The translations under genes and the position numbers were made by a program. This document shows positions 15,946-25,304 of a DNA stretch of 64,000 nt, piece after piece; position 1 is the stretch's first letter, and every line of letters starts with the position of its first letter. The notes under the pieces are model-generated. The model saw only the letters and a list, made by a program, of their open reading frames with translations, did no database searches and was not told where the DNA came from. The stretch spans positions 159,177-223,176 of the IMG/VR virus record IMGVR_UViG_3300028392_000029, one strand, 5' to 3'.

Positions 15946-17240
15946 TATATACCGTATTTGTTTCTTTTGGCTTTATTTACAGGGCTAGTTTTGTTAGTGT
16001 CAGCGGGCTCTTCGCTCTTGCTAAACTTGCTAATTGTTTTTCCATCAGTGGGGACAGTTTTCATAGCCGATCGAATCTTATTATCGTCTTCTTTGGTGTA
16101 AGGATGATGTGTATTATACTTTTCAGCCCAGGTATCTTGCGGACTGTCTACAGCTTTTATACTCTCGCCGTCGGCCATGGCCATGGCCATCATCATGCGA
16201 TTCATGTGATAGATACGATCGTACCCGCCGATATCGCGTGTTCGAATTACGCCCAGGCTGGCGGCATCGTGGTGGGGGTGTCGATGACTAGTTTTACCTT
16301 CGCGTACAAATTCGTTAGCTTTCATTTCTCTTAATACCCTGTTAGCTTCTTTAATCAAATTAAAGGCTTTTAAATTCTTTTTTGGTGTACTACTATTTAC
16401 ATCAACTGTACTATTCTGTTTTGTAATAGTGCCGACCCCGGCAGCTTCTTCGTCAGTTTTAGTATATACTTGTTGCGGTTTTTTATGCCCCTCACCTCGT
16501 TCCATTTTATCAGGATCTTTGGATTTTTCTTTTTCAAAGTACTTGCGCATTTCTTCTGCACTGGTCGTTGGCTTAGCTTTAACAGGTTTAGTCATGAATC
16601 CCATTAAGCCTTCATCAGTTACTGGTTCTGCTACAGGTTTTTCTTTTTTAGCTCGTTTTACTTTTTCAGGATGTTGGCCTACTGCGGCTACTACTGTATC
16701 AAAATAGTGTTGACCATTTACTTCTAGATTAGGATCTGTACCAGCGGCTCGATAAAATGCGTCCATGTTACCAGCACGAGCCGCATTGCGTAGATCAGTT
16801 GCTGAGCTTACTCTGGGACTTGGTATATGGATGATTTTAGCAAAGTTAAAATAACCATGTGTACTTTCCTTGCCATTGTATTGATTTAATAATTTTCCAG
16901 CCCATGCCCAGTCAGTTGCATCAGTTATATAAGCTACAGTTGCACCATCTCCAACTTCTGCATAAATCTTAGAGGCCAGTGTGATAACTGTAGATTCACC
17001 TAACACATGTCCTTCAATGCTGGGATCAATTGCAGACATCCATGCTGCCTTAACATCAAACGGCAACGGATCGTTGGTGCCGGTTGTACTAGGATTAGTA
17101 CCTATGTACCATTGATGACCTGCATGTTTAACAGCTTCCCAAACTTTGGCATGCCCTTGATGCGGTGGATTGAACCGACCAAAGCAGAATGCCGCAGTTA
17201 CCTTAGTATGAGTTGATTCAAAAAGTTCACGTAAATTCAT
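15945..17240 (-). CDS. HxGH cytidylyltransferase-like nucleotidyltransferase fused to a second capsid-tagged module
   Basis: FGRFNPPHQGH, DPLPF, VSSATDLRNAA; internal MKANEFVREG at 16325. Confidence 0.75.
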   Translation of the reverse strand: MNLRELFESTHTKVTAAFCFGRFNPPHQGHAKVWEAVKHAGHQWYIGTNPSTTGTNDPLPFDVKAAWMSAIDPSIEGHVLGESTVITLASKIYAEVGDGATVAYITDATDWAWAGKLLNQYNGKESTHGYFNFAKIIHIPSPRVSSATDLRNAARAGNMDAFYRAAGTDPNLEVNGQHYFDTVVAAVGQHPEKVKRAKKEKPVAEPVTDEGLMGFMTKPVKAKPTTSAEEMRKYFEKEKSKDPDKMERGEGHKKPQQVYTKTDEEAAGVGTITKQNSTVDVNSSTPKKNLKAFNLIKEANRVLREMKANEFVREGKTSHRHPHHDAASLGVIRTRDIGGYDRIYHMNRMMMAMAMADGESIKAVDSPQDTWAEKYNTHHPYTKEDDNKIRSAMKTVPTDGKTISKFSKSEEPADTNKTSPVNKAKRNKYGI

Positions 17241-18433
17241 TATGGTGTCCAGGCTGGTATAGTTCCAGACGGAGTTTCGATACTACTACGCGGAACTAGT
17301 TTAATATGATCATCACCTTTTTTATCGTAGTGTACCCAGCCCTCTGGGTTGGTTACTTTAATCTCACCGGGATCTTTATCTAATTGTGCAATTACACTGT
17401 TCTTCAATTGCATAATATCGTCAAACAAATTAAACATTGCAGGTAGTGCTCCTGGGAACATCTTTGCACGTTCTTGTACCTTAGCCAACTGTGTTGGACT
17501 TACAATTGTTGGATTAGATTCCATCCACATCATAAAATTATGACCGACATTGTGTAATTGTCCTTGCTTACTCATAGTATTAACATATCTGTAAACAATA
17601 TTTTTAAATCCACTTACTCCGGGTAGTGGTGATAAGAATTGATCAATTTCAGCTGAATGTTTTTTAATTTCTGCTTCAACAATAGATATAGCTTGAGAAT
17701 CAACTTCCGGCTGCATCTGGGTATAGTATGGACCTAGTACGATCAGTTGAGATGTTGAATTAAACTCTTCAAAACTGTCTTTGGGTTGTTGCGTATGGTC
17801 GGCGTCTCCGAATGTTTCAAATATGCCATGACCAACAACCATTGCATGCGCTGTAGAAATTTGTTGTCCTAGATCAGTATCCTGTGCAATATGATAAACT
17901 GTTCCGCTTTTTGGATTTGGATGTAAATTATATATTCCATCAGCATCTGGGGTTGGTTGCCCTAAGAATAACCCATCGGCGTAGACAAATCCTCTAAAAT
18001 CTTCAGGGGTAGCTTTTTCAAACACTGGATGTAAGAAACTAAATTCTCTAGCAAACTCTTTACGTTGCTCTTGTTCTTCGGGGGTCTTTGGATTACCACT
18101 CTTGTTAAGAATAAAATTATAAATTCCTTGCTGTGTGGTAAACTCGTCTAATGTACTTGTACCAGTGCCGCCACGCAACCAACCATTGTGGTTAGTCAAT
18201 ATAAATGTACCATTCTCATCTCTGCCCCAATACACTTGCGGAGCACCGTCCCACTTGTATCGAACACCCTTGGCATTTTTGCCTATGGCTTTGATATGTT
18301 CCAGCGCCTTAATTGCACCAGCACTGCCATTTAAAAATGTTAGATCCTCTGGATGATTGAATGCCCTACCTACTTTTTTCTTAACTTCTTCAGCGGCTGG
18401 GGCTTCTCTTAAAAATAATTCTCTTAGTAACAC
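17240..18433 (-). CDS. KxDG covalent nucleotidyltransferase (RNA-ligase-like; DUF6267-like)
   Basis: HPEDL, YKWDGAP (motif I), NPEGWV (motif IV), IKLVPR (motif V); GTG start, MLLRELF. Confidence 0.6.
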   Translation of the reverse strand: MLLRELFLREAPAAEEVKKKVGRAFNHPEDLTFLNGSAGAIKALEHIKAIGKNAKGVRYKWDGAPQVYWGRDENGTFILTNHNGWLRGGTGTSTLDEFTTQQGIYNFILNKSGNPKTPEEQEQRKEFAREFSFLHPVFEKATPEDFRGFVYADGLFLGQPTPDADGIYNLHPNPKSGTVYHIAQDTDLGQQISTAHAMVVGHGIFETFGDADHTQQPKDSFEEFNSTSQLIVLGPYYTQMQPEVDSQAISIVEAEIKKHSAEIDQFLSPLPGVSGFKNIVYRYVNTMSKQGQLHNVGHNFMMWMESNPTIVSPTQLAKVQERAKMFPGALPAMFNLFDDIMQLKNSVIAQLDKDPGEIKVTNPEGWVHYDKKGDDHIKLVPRSSIETPSGTIPAWTP

Positions 18434-18435
18434 GA

Positions 18436-18807
18436 TTAGTCCTTATACTTGCCATCGGCAACGTGCTTACAAGTTTCATCGTGTATTTTTTTACATACTT
18501 TACTGCAAAGTTCCTCATCTAATTCGTCTGGTAGTTCGCGAATCGGAAATTTTTTAATGTACAATTTATAGCTAGCCTGTACAGGCACCTTAAACATATT
18601 TGGATGTGTTGCACGATCAGCTTTCAAACGGTCTATGCACTTGGAAATAACTGGATGGACATGACGTCGATACGATCTGTCATCGTTATGCATAAAATGA
18701 ATTAAATCATCCGGAAGGTCGTAGTTAATCTCTCTGCCGTCATTCTTTGGCGAGACAAAGTCTAAATCTTTGAAGATGGTGCCTTCTAATAGCTCATTTA
18801 TGCGCAT
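18436..18807 (-). CDS. Putative head-internal protein (MRINELLEG)
   Basis: N-terminal tag; first gene after a TAAATA promoter. Confidence 0.65.
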   Translation of the reverse strand: MRINELLEGTIFKDLDFVSPKNDGREINYDLPDDLIHFMHNDDRSYRRHVHPVISKCIDRLKADRATHPNMFKVPVQASYKLYIKKFPIRELPDELDEELCSKVCKKIHDETCKHVADGKYKD

Positions 18808-18853
18808 TGTTAAATCCGTTTTTATAGACCAGCAGAATAAACTACGGTTAGAG

Positions 18854-18859
18854 TATTTA
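18854..18859 (-). promoter_or_regulatory. TAAATA late promoter of the internal-protein operon
   Basis: GATAAATACTC, similar to the copies at 54010 and 59751. Confidence 0.6.
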
Positions 18860-18879
18860 TCGATTTTGGAATCAACACC

Positions 18880-19509
18880 CTATGCTTTAACGATACGTTC
18901 AATCTTTGTTATTACGCCACCGAGATGCATTTTAGTCAACAGTAGTGTATTGTCGCCTGTTACATAGAAGTGTGTTCCGCCCCAACTTCTTGATTTTCCT
19001 AGCTCTTTTTTGCAACTTTTAGTCAGTTTTAGTTTGTCACGGCCAGCCGCCCATTCAACAAACGCTTGATAATCTTGGTTAGTTTTACCTAAAGTCACTC
19101 GATAATCGTAATTTGTTTTAGGCATTATTATAGTATTAGCCGCTAGAGGTGAATCTTTTGGTGGCTCAGATATATATTTCACATTGCTACTATCTAATTT
19201 AGACAGCAGAGTAACATAATCAAGGTTGTTAGTATATACGCTGACCCACGGAGATTCTACCCTAATTTCTATATCCTTCATTTTCTTCAAGGCAGTTGCA
19301 AGTCTAATAGCATAATCTAGCTGATCTTGAGTTTTGATATTATTAATACGCCACACATCGTCGGGCTTTTGAAGTAAAGAAGTTTTACTTAGTAGTTTTA
19401 ATGCAGTTTCCATATCACCGCTTCTAAACGAACTAGCGCCAGAACATATCAACACAATTTTGTATTGATATGTTCCTTTAAATAAACTTCTAGTTGTTTT
19501 GTACAACAT
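18880..19509 (-). CDS. Hypothetical protein
   Basis: 209-aa ORF overlapping the end of clpA. Confidence 0.75.
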   Translation of the reverse strand: MLYKTTRSLFKGTYQYKIVLICSGASSFRSGDMETALKLLSKTSLLQKPDDVWRINNIKTQDQLDYAIRLATALKKMKDIEIRVESPWVSVYTNNLDYVTLLSKLDSSNVKYISEPPKDSPLAANTIIMPKTNYDYRVTLGKTNQDYQAFVEWAAGRDKLKLTKSCKKELGKSRSWGGTHFYVTGDNTLLLTKMHLGGVITKIERIVKA

Positions 19510-21763
19510 CTTCTAAGTTGCTCTCAATAGCCAGTAATGCAATTTTAGATACTTTTGGTTTAGCAATTAACGAAATTGCATCGCCATCAACACTAATAGT
19601 GACCCAGCCGCCATTTTTAAGATCTCCAAACAACATCAATCGAGCAAGGTCGCGTTTAATTTCCTTGTCAATAACACGCTGTAACGGACGAGCACCCATC
19701 TTAGGATCAAAGCCTTTTTCGATGAGCCAATTAACTGCTTCCTTATCGATCTTAACTCGGATACCTTTATCTTTAACTTGGTCTTTAAGTTGATCTATAA
19801 ACTTATTAACAATTTTTATCATTGTTTCTTTTCCAAGTTTATTAAATGTAACAACACCATCTAAACGATTGCGGAACTCCGGAGTTAAGAATTTCTTCAA
19901 ATCAGCATCGCTATAGTCTTTATCTTGCTTACCAAATCCAATAGCATTTTTGTCTGCTGATTGTGCTCCGGCATTAGTAGTAAGGATAAGAACAATATTA
20001 CGGCAGTCAGCTTTTTTGCCATTTGATCCGGTAATAAATCCGTTATCCATAAGCTGTAGCAATACAGTTATTACATCTGGATGCGCTTTTTCAATCTCAT
20101 CTAGCAACAGTACAGCATTAGGTGCTTCTTGAATACTGGTAATTAGTTGACCCGCATTTTCTTCAAATCCAACATAACCGGGAGGGCTGCCGATCAACTT
20201 ACTGATACTGTGTTTTTCTTGATATTCACTCATATCAAAGCGCAGTAACTTAACACCCAAGTTTTTAGCAAGTGACTTAGCAGTTTCGGTTTTACCAGTA
20301 CCAGTCGGCCCCATGAATACAAACGATCCAACGGGTTTATTTTCTGTTTTAAGTCCAGCCTGTGCAACAACAATCTTATCAACGATTTCGGTGATAGCAA
20401 GTTCTTGCCCATACACTTCTGTTTCAAGTTTAGTTTGTAAACTAATTAAATTAACACTTTCAGTTTCTGAAACTTGCTCTTCCGGCATATTGACCATCTT
20501 AGCTAGTTCGAATTGAATTTCACGCTCGCCGATAATGCGCTCATCAGCTAGTTTGAGATTGAAGCGTGAGCAAGCTACATCAATTAAATCAATGGCCTTG
20601 TCCGGAAGTTTTTTATCTGTTTGATACTTAACTGACAATTTAATTGCCGCATCAATTGCATCGTCCTTGATCTTAACATTATGGAATCCTTCGTAGTATT
20701 TCTTAATACCTTTAAGGATCTGTTTAGTAACTTCTGTTGTAGGCTCGTCAACAGTAATGCGTTGGAAACGACGCATGAGCGCACGATCCTTTTCGAAGTG
20801 CTTACGATATTCTTCCCAGGTAGTCGATGCTACAACTTTAATATTGCCTTTGCTTAGTGCAGGCTTCATCATGTTGGCAAGATCGTTCGCTGAATTGCTT
20901 GCCGACCCAGCACCACTAATCATGTGTGCTTCGTCAATAAACAAGACAGTCTTACCTTTCTTTTGTAGGGCTTTAATAACATGCTTAAAGCGTTCTTCAA
21001 AGTCTCCGCGATATTTAGAGCCAGCTAACATAGCACTGATGTCTAGATTATAAACTGTATACTCTTTCAAGAAATCAGGAACAGCACCATTTACAATATT
21101 ATGAGCCATGCCCTCGGCGATCGCAGTCTTACCTACACCAGGGTCACCAACTAAGATCACGTTGTTTTTGCTACGACGACCTAGTGCTAACGCAATATTT
21201 TCTAATTCGTCAACTCTGCCAATAACTGGATCGATTTTGTTTTTCTTAACTTCTTGATTCAGATTAGTAGTAAATGCCTGAAGGGCTTTATCACTATGCG
21301 AATCAGCTGGGCTATCGTCCGGACCATTTTCCATATTATTATTTAAATATTCAGCAAATTTATCTTTATCGATATTAGCTTGTGCAACAAAAAAGTGCGC
21401 CCAACTACGTTTCTCGCCCATCATAGCCAAGAATACATCCGTTGGTTCAATACGCTGTCGCCCGTTGAATAGGACTTGAGTAAACGCCCTATTAAGTACA
21501 CGCTCTACACTTTGAGTTTTCTTAGGTTTAACCACTACATCTGGTACTGTAATTTCACTACATTTATTATGTAGATAATCTTGTAGGTTTGTTTTAAGGG
21601 AATTAGCATCAGCGCCGAATCCTTGAATACAGTTAGTAAACCCATCTTCTGCAAGCATAGCAAACAACAGATGTTCTATTGTTAGATATTCGTGATGAAG
21701 TTTTTTAGAAGTTTCTATAGCTCTTTCAAAGACTGCTTGAAGATTATCGCTAGGTTCGACCAT
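19490..21763 (-). CDS. clpA: ATP-dependent Clp protease ATP-binding subunit ClpA
   Basis: Clp N domain, GDPGVGKT, KYRGDFEER, GPTGTGKT, DMSEYQEKH, IGF ClpP-docking loop, GARPL. Confidence 0.95.
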   Translation of the reverse strand: MVEPSDNLQAVFERAIETSKKLHHEYLTIEHLLFAMLAEDGFTNCIQGFGADANSLKTNLQDYLHNKCSEITVPDVVVKPKKTQSVERVLNRAFTQVLFNGRQRIEPTDVFLAMMGEKRSWAHFFVAQANIDKDKFAEYLNNNMENGPDDSPADSHSDKALQAFTTNLNQEVKKNKIDPVIGRVDELENIALALGRRSKNNVILVGDPGVGKTAIAEGMAHNIVNGAVPDFLKEYTVYNLDISAMLAGSKYRGDFEERFKHVIKALQKKGKTVLFIDEAHMISGAGSASNSANDLANMMKPALSKGNIKVVASTTWEEYRKHFEKDRALMRRFQRITVDEPTTEVTKQILKGIKKYYEGFHNVKIKDDAIDAAIKLSVKYQTDKKLPDKAIDLIDVACSRFNLKLADERIIGEREIQFELAKMVNMPEEQVSETESVNLISLQTKLETEVYGQELAITEIVDKIVVAQAGLKTENKPVGSFVFMGPTGTGKTETAKSLAKNLGVKLLRFDMSEYQEKHSISKLIGSPPGYVGFEENAGQLITSIQEAPNAVLLLDEIEKAHPDVITVLLQLMDNGFITGSNGKKADCRNIVLILTTNAGAQSADKNAIGFGKQDKDYSDADLKKFLTPEFRNRLDGVVTFNKLGKETMIKIVNKFIDQLKDQVKDKGIRVKIDKEAVNWLIEKGFDPKMGARPLQRVIDKEIKRDLARLMLFGDLKNGGWVTISVDGDAISLIAKPKVSKIALLAIESNLEDVVQNN

Positions 21764-22248
21764 TATTTAAATTTCCTTTGTTTTTTCTGTGCCATTTTTA
21801 ATTTCAAATCACTTACATATTCTGTAAATGTTATTCCATCTAAGTGATCTAATTCGTGTTGAAAACAACGAGAGTCGATTCCTTCAAGTTCTATTATACA
21901 TTGTTTTCCTGCGCTGTCAAGATACATGGCAGTAATTTTGTCACTTCTTTTGACTTTAAGCCAGAGATTTGGAAAACTTAAACACCCTTCGTCAGCTTGT
22001 ACATCTGCGTTGTCGCCGACTAGAATAGTAGGATTGAAAACCCCAAGTTCTCTACCGTCTTGTAGTTTCATCACAAATACTCTACGCAACAACCCAACTT
22101 GATTGCCAGCAAGTCCGATACCGTTATGTGCTCGCATGAGTTCAAGCATTTCTCTTTCTATAACATCCGCATTAACATGGTTTTTAAAATCCCAACGTTC
22201 TGCTTTTTGTTTAAGAATTGGATCAGGATCTTGAATTAATTTCAACAT
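21763..22248 (-). CDS. def: Peptide deformylase
   Basis: GIGLAGNQVG, EGCLS, HELDH. Confidence 0.95.
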   Translation of the reverse strand: MLKLIQDPDPILKQKAERWDFKNHVNADVIEREMLELMRAHNGIGLAGNQVGLLRRVFVMKLQDGRELGVFNPTILVGDNADVQADEGCLSFPNLWLKVKRSDKITAMYLDSAGKQCIIELEGIDSRCFQHELDHLDGITFTEYVSDLKLKMAQKKQRKFK

Positions 22249-23080
22249 CTAGTGCTTTAAGTTTTTCTATTAATGATGGATCTGTAATTGCCGGTGTTTT
22301 AATATTTACAACAATTACTAGCCGACCTTTCTGACCAGTATTAATATTAGGGAATCCGTGCCCAGAGCTTGCAAATTCAGATCCAGCTTCAATACCTGGA
22401 CGAATATCAAGATCTATTTTTTGGCCGGTTATAGTTTTAACACCTTTACTACAACCGATCATAGCCTCGATCGGTGTTATGTACACTGTAGTATACATAT
22501 CGTCTCCGGCACGCCTAAAGTTGCTATCAGGAAGCACAATAATAGTTACATTTAAATTTCCTCTCGGAGCATTAGGAACACTATCGTCACCTAATCCATT
22601 ATATCGTATAGTTTCACCATGACTTATTCCAGCCGGAACATTAATAACTACAGTCTGCGTTTGCCCGCTCGGCATTTTATAATTTGCTTCTAGTTGTTTT
22701 CCTAGATAGCTGTCTAATATTGAAACTTGACATTGGATGTTTAGATCTCGATTTCTGCGCATCTGCGCATGTCCGCCGCCGAACATGCTAGTAAATGGGT
22801 GCCCTTGCGGGAATCCTTGTCCAAACATCGCGCCAAATGGATCAAATCCATCTGTAGTAAATCTTACTTGCGGGCCACCTCCGAACATACGTTGTTGGTC
22901 GTATTCAGCTTTCTTTTGTGGGTCGCTTAGGTTATCGTATGCAACGCTAATATCTTTGAATTTGGCTTGATCACCACCCTTGTCCGGGTGATGTTTATTA
23001 GCCAAGCTTCGGTATGCTTTTTTAATTTCATCTGGGCTAGCGTTTTCGCCAACACCTAGTGTTTGGTAATAATCTGTCAT
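22223..23080 (-). CDS. dnaJ: DnaJ class II co-chaperone (no zinc finger)
   Basis: J-domain with HPD, G/F-rich linker, C-terminal DnaJ domain. Confidence 0.9.
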   Translation of the reverse strand: MTDYYQTLGVGENASPDEIKKAYRSLANKHHPDKGGDQAKFKDISVAYDNLSDPQKKAEYDQQRMFGGGPQVRFTTDGFDPFGAMFGQGFPQGHPFTSMFGGGHAQMRRNRDLNIQCQVSILDSYLGKQLEANYKMPSGQTQTVVINVPAGISHGETIRYNGLGDDSVPNAPRGNLNVTIIVLPDSNFRRAGDDMYTTVYITPIEAMIGCSKGVKTITGQKIDLDIRPGIEAGSEFASSGHGFPNINTGQKGRLVIVVNIKTPAITDPSLIEKLKALDVEINSRS

Positions 23081-23111
23081 AGTCGTAAAAAAGGCTCCAG
23101 TAATAGCATTA

Positions 23112-23140
23112 ATTATACTATCTTAACTGAAGCCTGTCAA
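23112..23140 (-). promoter_or_regulatory. sigma70 consensus promoter for dnaJ-def-clpA
   Basis: TTGACA-ggcttcagttaagatag(17)-TATAAT. Confidence 0.85.
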
Positions 23141-23148
23141 GTTTTTGA

Positions 23149-23328
23149 TTACTTCTTCTTGCTGTCTGGAACTTTATCGCCCTCGACTTTTTTGTGAACT
23201 TTGATAGTTTTGCAAACTTCTTTCTTTGTTTTTGGATCAGTGTTGCAAACCTTCTTTGATTCACCGCCGGCAAATGCTGGGCTAGATAATGCTAAACATA
23301 GTCCTGCTACAAATATATAATTTTTCAT
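23149..23328 (-). CDS. Small exported basic protein with a Cys pair
   Basis: Start MKNYIF with AAGGAAG SD; signal peptide ending PAFA; KKVC...EVCK. Confidence 0.65.
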   Translation of the reverse strand: MKNYIFVAGLCLALSSPAFAGGESKKVCNTDPKTKKEVCKTIKVHKKVEGDKVPDSKKK

Positions 23329-23338
23329 TTTAACTTCC

Positions 23339-23917
23339 TTAAATTGCTGGTTGACCAAAATCTGGTACAATCTTTTTACCGCTTGCAGTTGTGCCTACTG
23401 TTGGGGTTGATCCCCAGCTTGCTGGCGGTGTGAAACTGCTTGAGCTGTTGCCGCCGAGTGGTACTGAACCAAAACCTGTGCTGGGGGCACCGAAGCTGCC
23501 TGTTTGAGGTACGCTAGGTGCTGTTGACCCACTCGCAAATCCTGTTGTTGGTGCTGTTGTTGTGCCATTTCCAAATCCTCCGCTGACCGGTGGTGTATAT
23601 GTTGTACCTGAGCCTAAGCTAAGACCTCCATTGTTTGCGCCGCCCAGCTTTTCTTGTGTACGCCCATATGCTGAAATACCAATAACAGCACCCATCGCAA
23701 TGTGGAATAATCCAGCACCTTGCAAGGTTAATGGTTGCCATTGTGTATTGACTGATCCATGACTTAGGGATTGTAATAAACTCCATAGGATTGGGAATCC
23801 TACAAAGTCCATAGTACACACCAGCATATACATCCAACCCATCATGGGACGCCATTTGCTGTTCATCCAATCTTCTTTCTTTAGTTCGCTTGCGCTCTTG
23901 ACTTCTTCGTCTGCCAT
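23339..23917 (-). CDS. Holin-like membrane protein (3TM/GTA-holin-like)
   Basis: KWRPMMGW, WQPLTLQGAGLFH, AYGRTQEK; lies in the lysis cassette. Confidence 0.6.
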   Translation of the reverse strand: MADEEVKSASELKKEDWMNSKWRPMMGWMYMLVCTMDFVGFPILWSLLQSLSHGSVNTQWQPLTLQGAGLFHIAMGAVIGISAYGRTQEKLGGANNGGLSLGSGTTYTPPVSGGFGNGTTTAPTTGFASGSTAPSVPQTGSFGAPSTGFGSVPLGGNSSSSFTPPASWGSTPTVGTTASGKKIVPDFGQPAI

Positions 23918-23944
23918 GGTTCGCTCCTGTTGGCTTAATAGTAG

Positions 23945-23950
23945 TATTTA
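23945..23950 (-). promoter_or_regulatory. TAAATA late promoter upstream of the holin-like gene
   Basis: TAAATA followed by an AGGAG SD. Confidence 0.5.
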
Positions 23951-24220
23951 TTTGATACTGTCAAATATTTTCTTTTGCTCAATATACCACTCTATCCATG
24001 CGTTATATCGCTCACGTAATTCGTAATATTTGCCAGCATTTTCGTTGGCATTTTCTATAATATCGCTTAATTCTATTTTTTTACTAGTATCCAACGGTGA
24101 TAATTTTCCAGCAGGTACTTTAAGTGCTTCTGGTACTTCTGGGAATTTTATTACTACCGGAGCAGTTGTACTACATGCAGTTAGTGCAGAAATGAAAATA
24201 ATTAGTAATAGTCTTTTCAT
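23948..24220 (-). CDS. o-spanin (Rz1-like lipoprotein)
   Basis: Lipobox LTAC, Pro-rich, directly after the i-spanin. Confidence 0.75.
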   Translation of the reverse strand: MKRLLLIIFISALTACSTTAPVVIKFPEVPEALKVPAGKLSPLDTSKKIELSDIIENANENAGKYYELRERYNAWIEWYIEQKKIFDSIK

Positions 24221-24675
24221 TTGTTAACCTCGGTTGGATCGCTTACTGCTTTATTATAAAGTTCTATGGCAATGTCATTTATTTTACATTCAGCATTAAT
24301 AACTTCTCGTTGAATTTCTATTTCTTTTTTAACAACTTCGACCTTCTTCTCTACAATTTTAACACGTTCTACAACCTTAGTTTGTATTACAGTATTAGCT
24401 TCTTGTGATTTAGTTTCGGCTGCTTTAACTTTAGCTTCTAATTCGGCTACACGTTCTAGCCAGGCTTTTTGAACACCATGCCCACCATAAAAATATGCAC
24501 CGACTACTAGTAATATAACTCCGATGATTTCTGAAGGAAATTTGTATTGCCCCATCATGGGGATCCATTTTACTAGTTTGCTAGCAATATACAATACGAT
24601 ACCTGCTGTCAGCATGATATAGTATATTAGTATAAAAATACTATCAGGTACAAGGCTTAAAACCCAACCAAACAT
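24217..24675 (-). CDS. i-spanin (Rz-like)
   Basis: N-terminal TM helices, coiled coil and a C-terminal Cys; follows the endolysin. Confidence 0.7.
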   Translation of the reverse strand: MFGWVLSLVPDSIFILIYYIMLTAGIVLYIASKLVKWIPMMGQYKFPSEIIGVILLVVGAYFYGGHGVQKAWLERVAELEAKVKAAETKSQEANTVIQTKVVERVKIVEKKVEVVKKEIEIQREVINAECKINDIAIELYNKAVSDPTEVNK

Positions 24676-24676
24676 A

Positions 24677-25303
24677 TCAGCCTCCTAGGACTTGTAGTGC
24701 GTGTTGATAATGCTTTTGACGATCTTCAAGGCCTAGTGTGCCACCGTTAATACGTTTGGTCATGGTTAGGATGTCACCTGAATCTGCATACTGATTTAGG
24801 TTATTAGCTTCCCAGAACCAAGCCGCTGATTGTACACAACCCTCAAAAGTTGACAGATGTTCGCTGGCTTCGTCTAAACTTTGTTCGGTTGCTTGTGCAT
24901 AACGGGTATAGTTATCTTTACCAGTTAACTGGATAAGTCCGCGTCCGCAAAACTTCCAACCGTCGCCTGATGCTTCGTTACCGTTGCCCATGCGGTTAGC
25001 ATAAGCTCGATTGGCAATTTTTTCTGGTTGATGAGCATAGTCATTGGCATTGCCTGCATTAAAATATTTAGGCCATACTTTGCATAGACTTTCTGCTTTG
25101 TAATTTAGATTTTCTTTGATTGCAGTATATCCGCCTGATTCGTGTGCTGTCTGTGCTAGAAAGGCTGCAACACGTTCCACAGTATCAATATCATAGTCTG
25201 GAAGTGTTTCACTCAATGCTTCGAACCAATGATCGGCATAAGGATTATTACCAATAATTGCTTTGAATTTCTCTAATGTAAAATCAAATTTAAAGTCGCT
25301 CAT
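24677..25303 (-). CDS. Glycoside hydrolase family 19 endolysin
   Basis: FLAQTAHESG, ENLNY, GRGLIQLTG, INGG. Confidence 0.9.
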   Translation of the reverse strand: MSDFKFDFTLEKFKAIIGNNPYADHWFEALSETLPDYDIDTVERVAAFLAQTAHESGGYTAIKENLNYKAESLCKVWPKYFNAGNANDYAHQPEKIANRAYANRMGNGNEASGDGWKFCGRGLIQLTGKDNYTRYAQATEQSLDEASEHLSTFEGCVQSAAWFWEANNLNQYADSGDILTMTKRINGGTLGLEDRQKHYQHALQVLGG

Positions 25304-25304
25304 C

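Noticed and set aside
18808-18853. Imperfect hairpin CCGUAGUUUAU...AUAAAAACGG in the leader of the internal-protein operon
   Set aside because: It is weak and AU-rich with no clear alternative fold, so it cannot be called without covariation data
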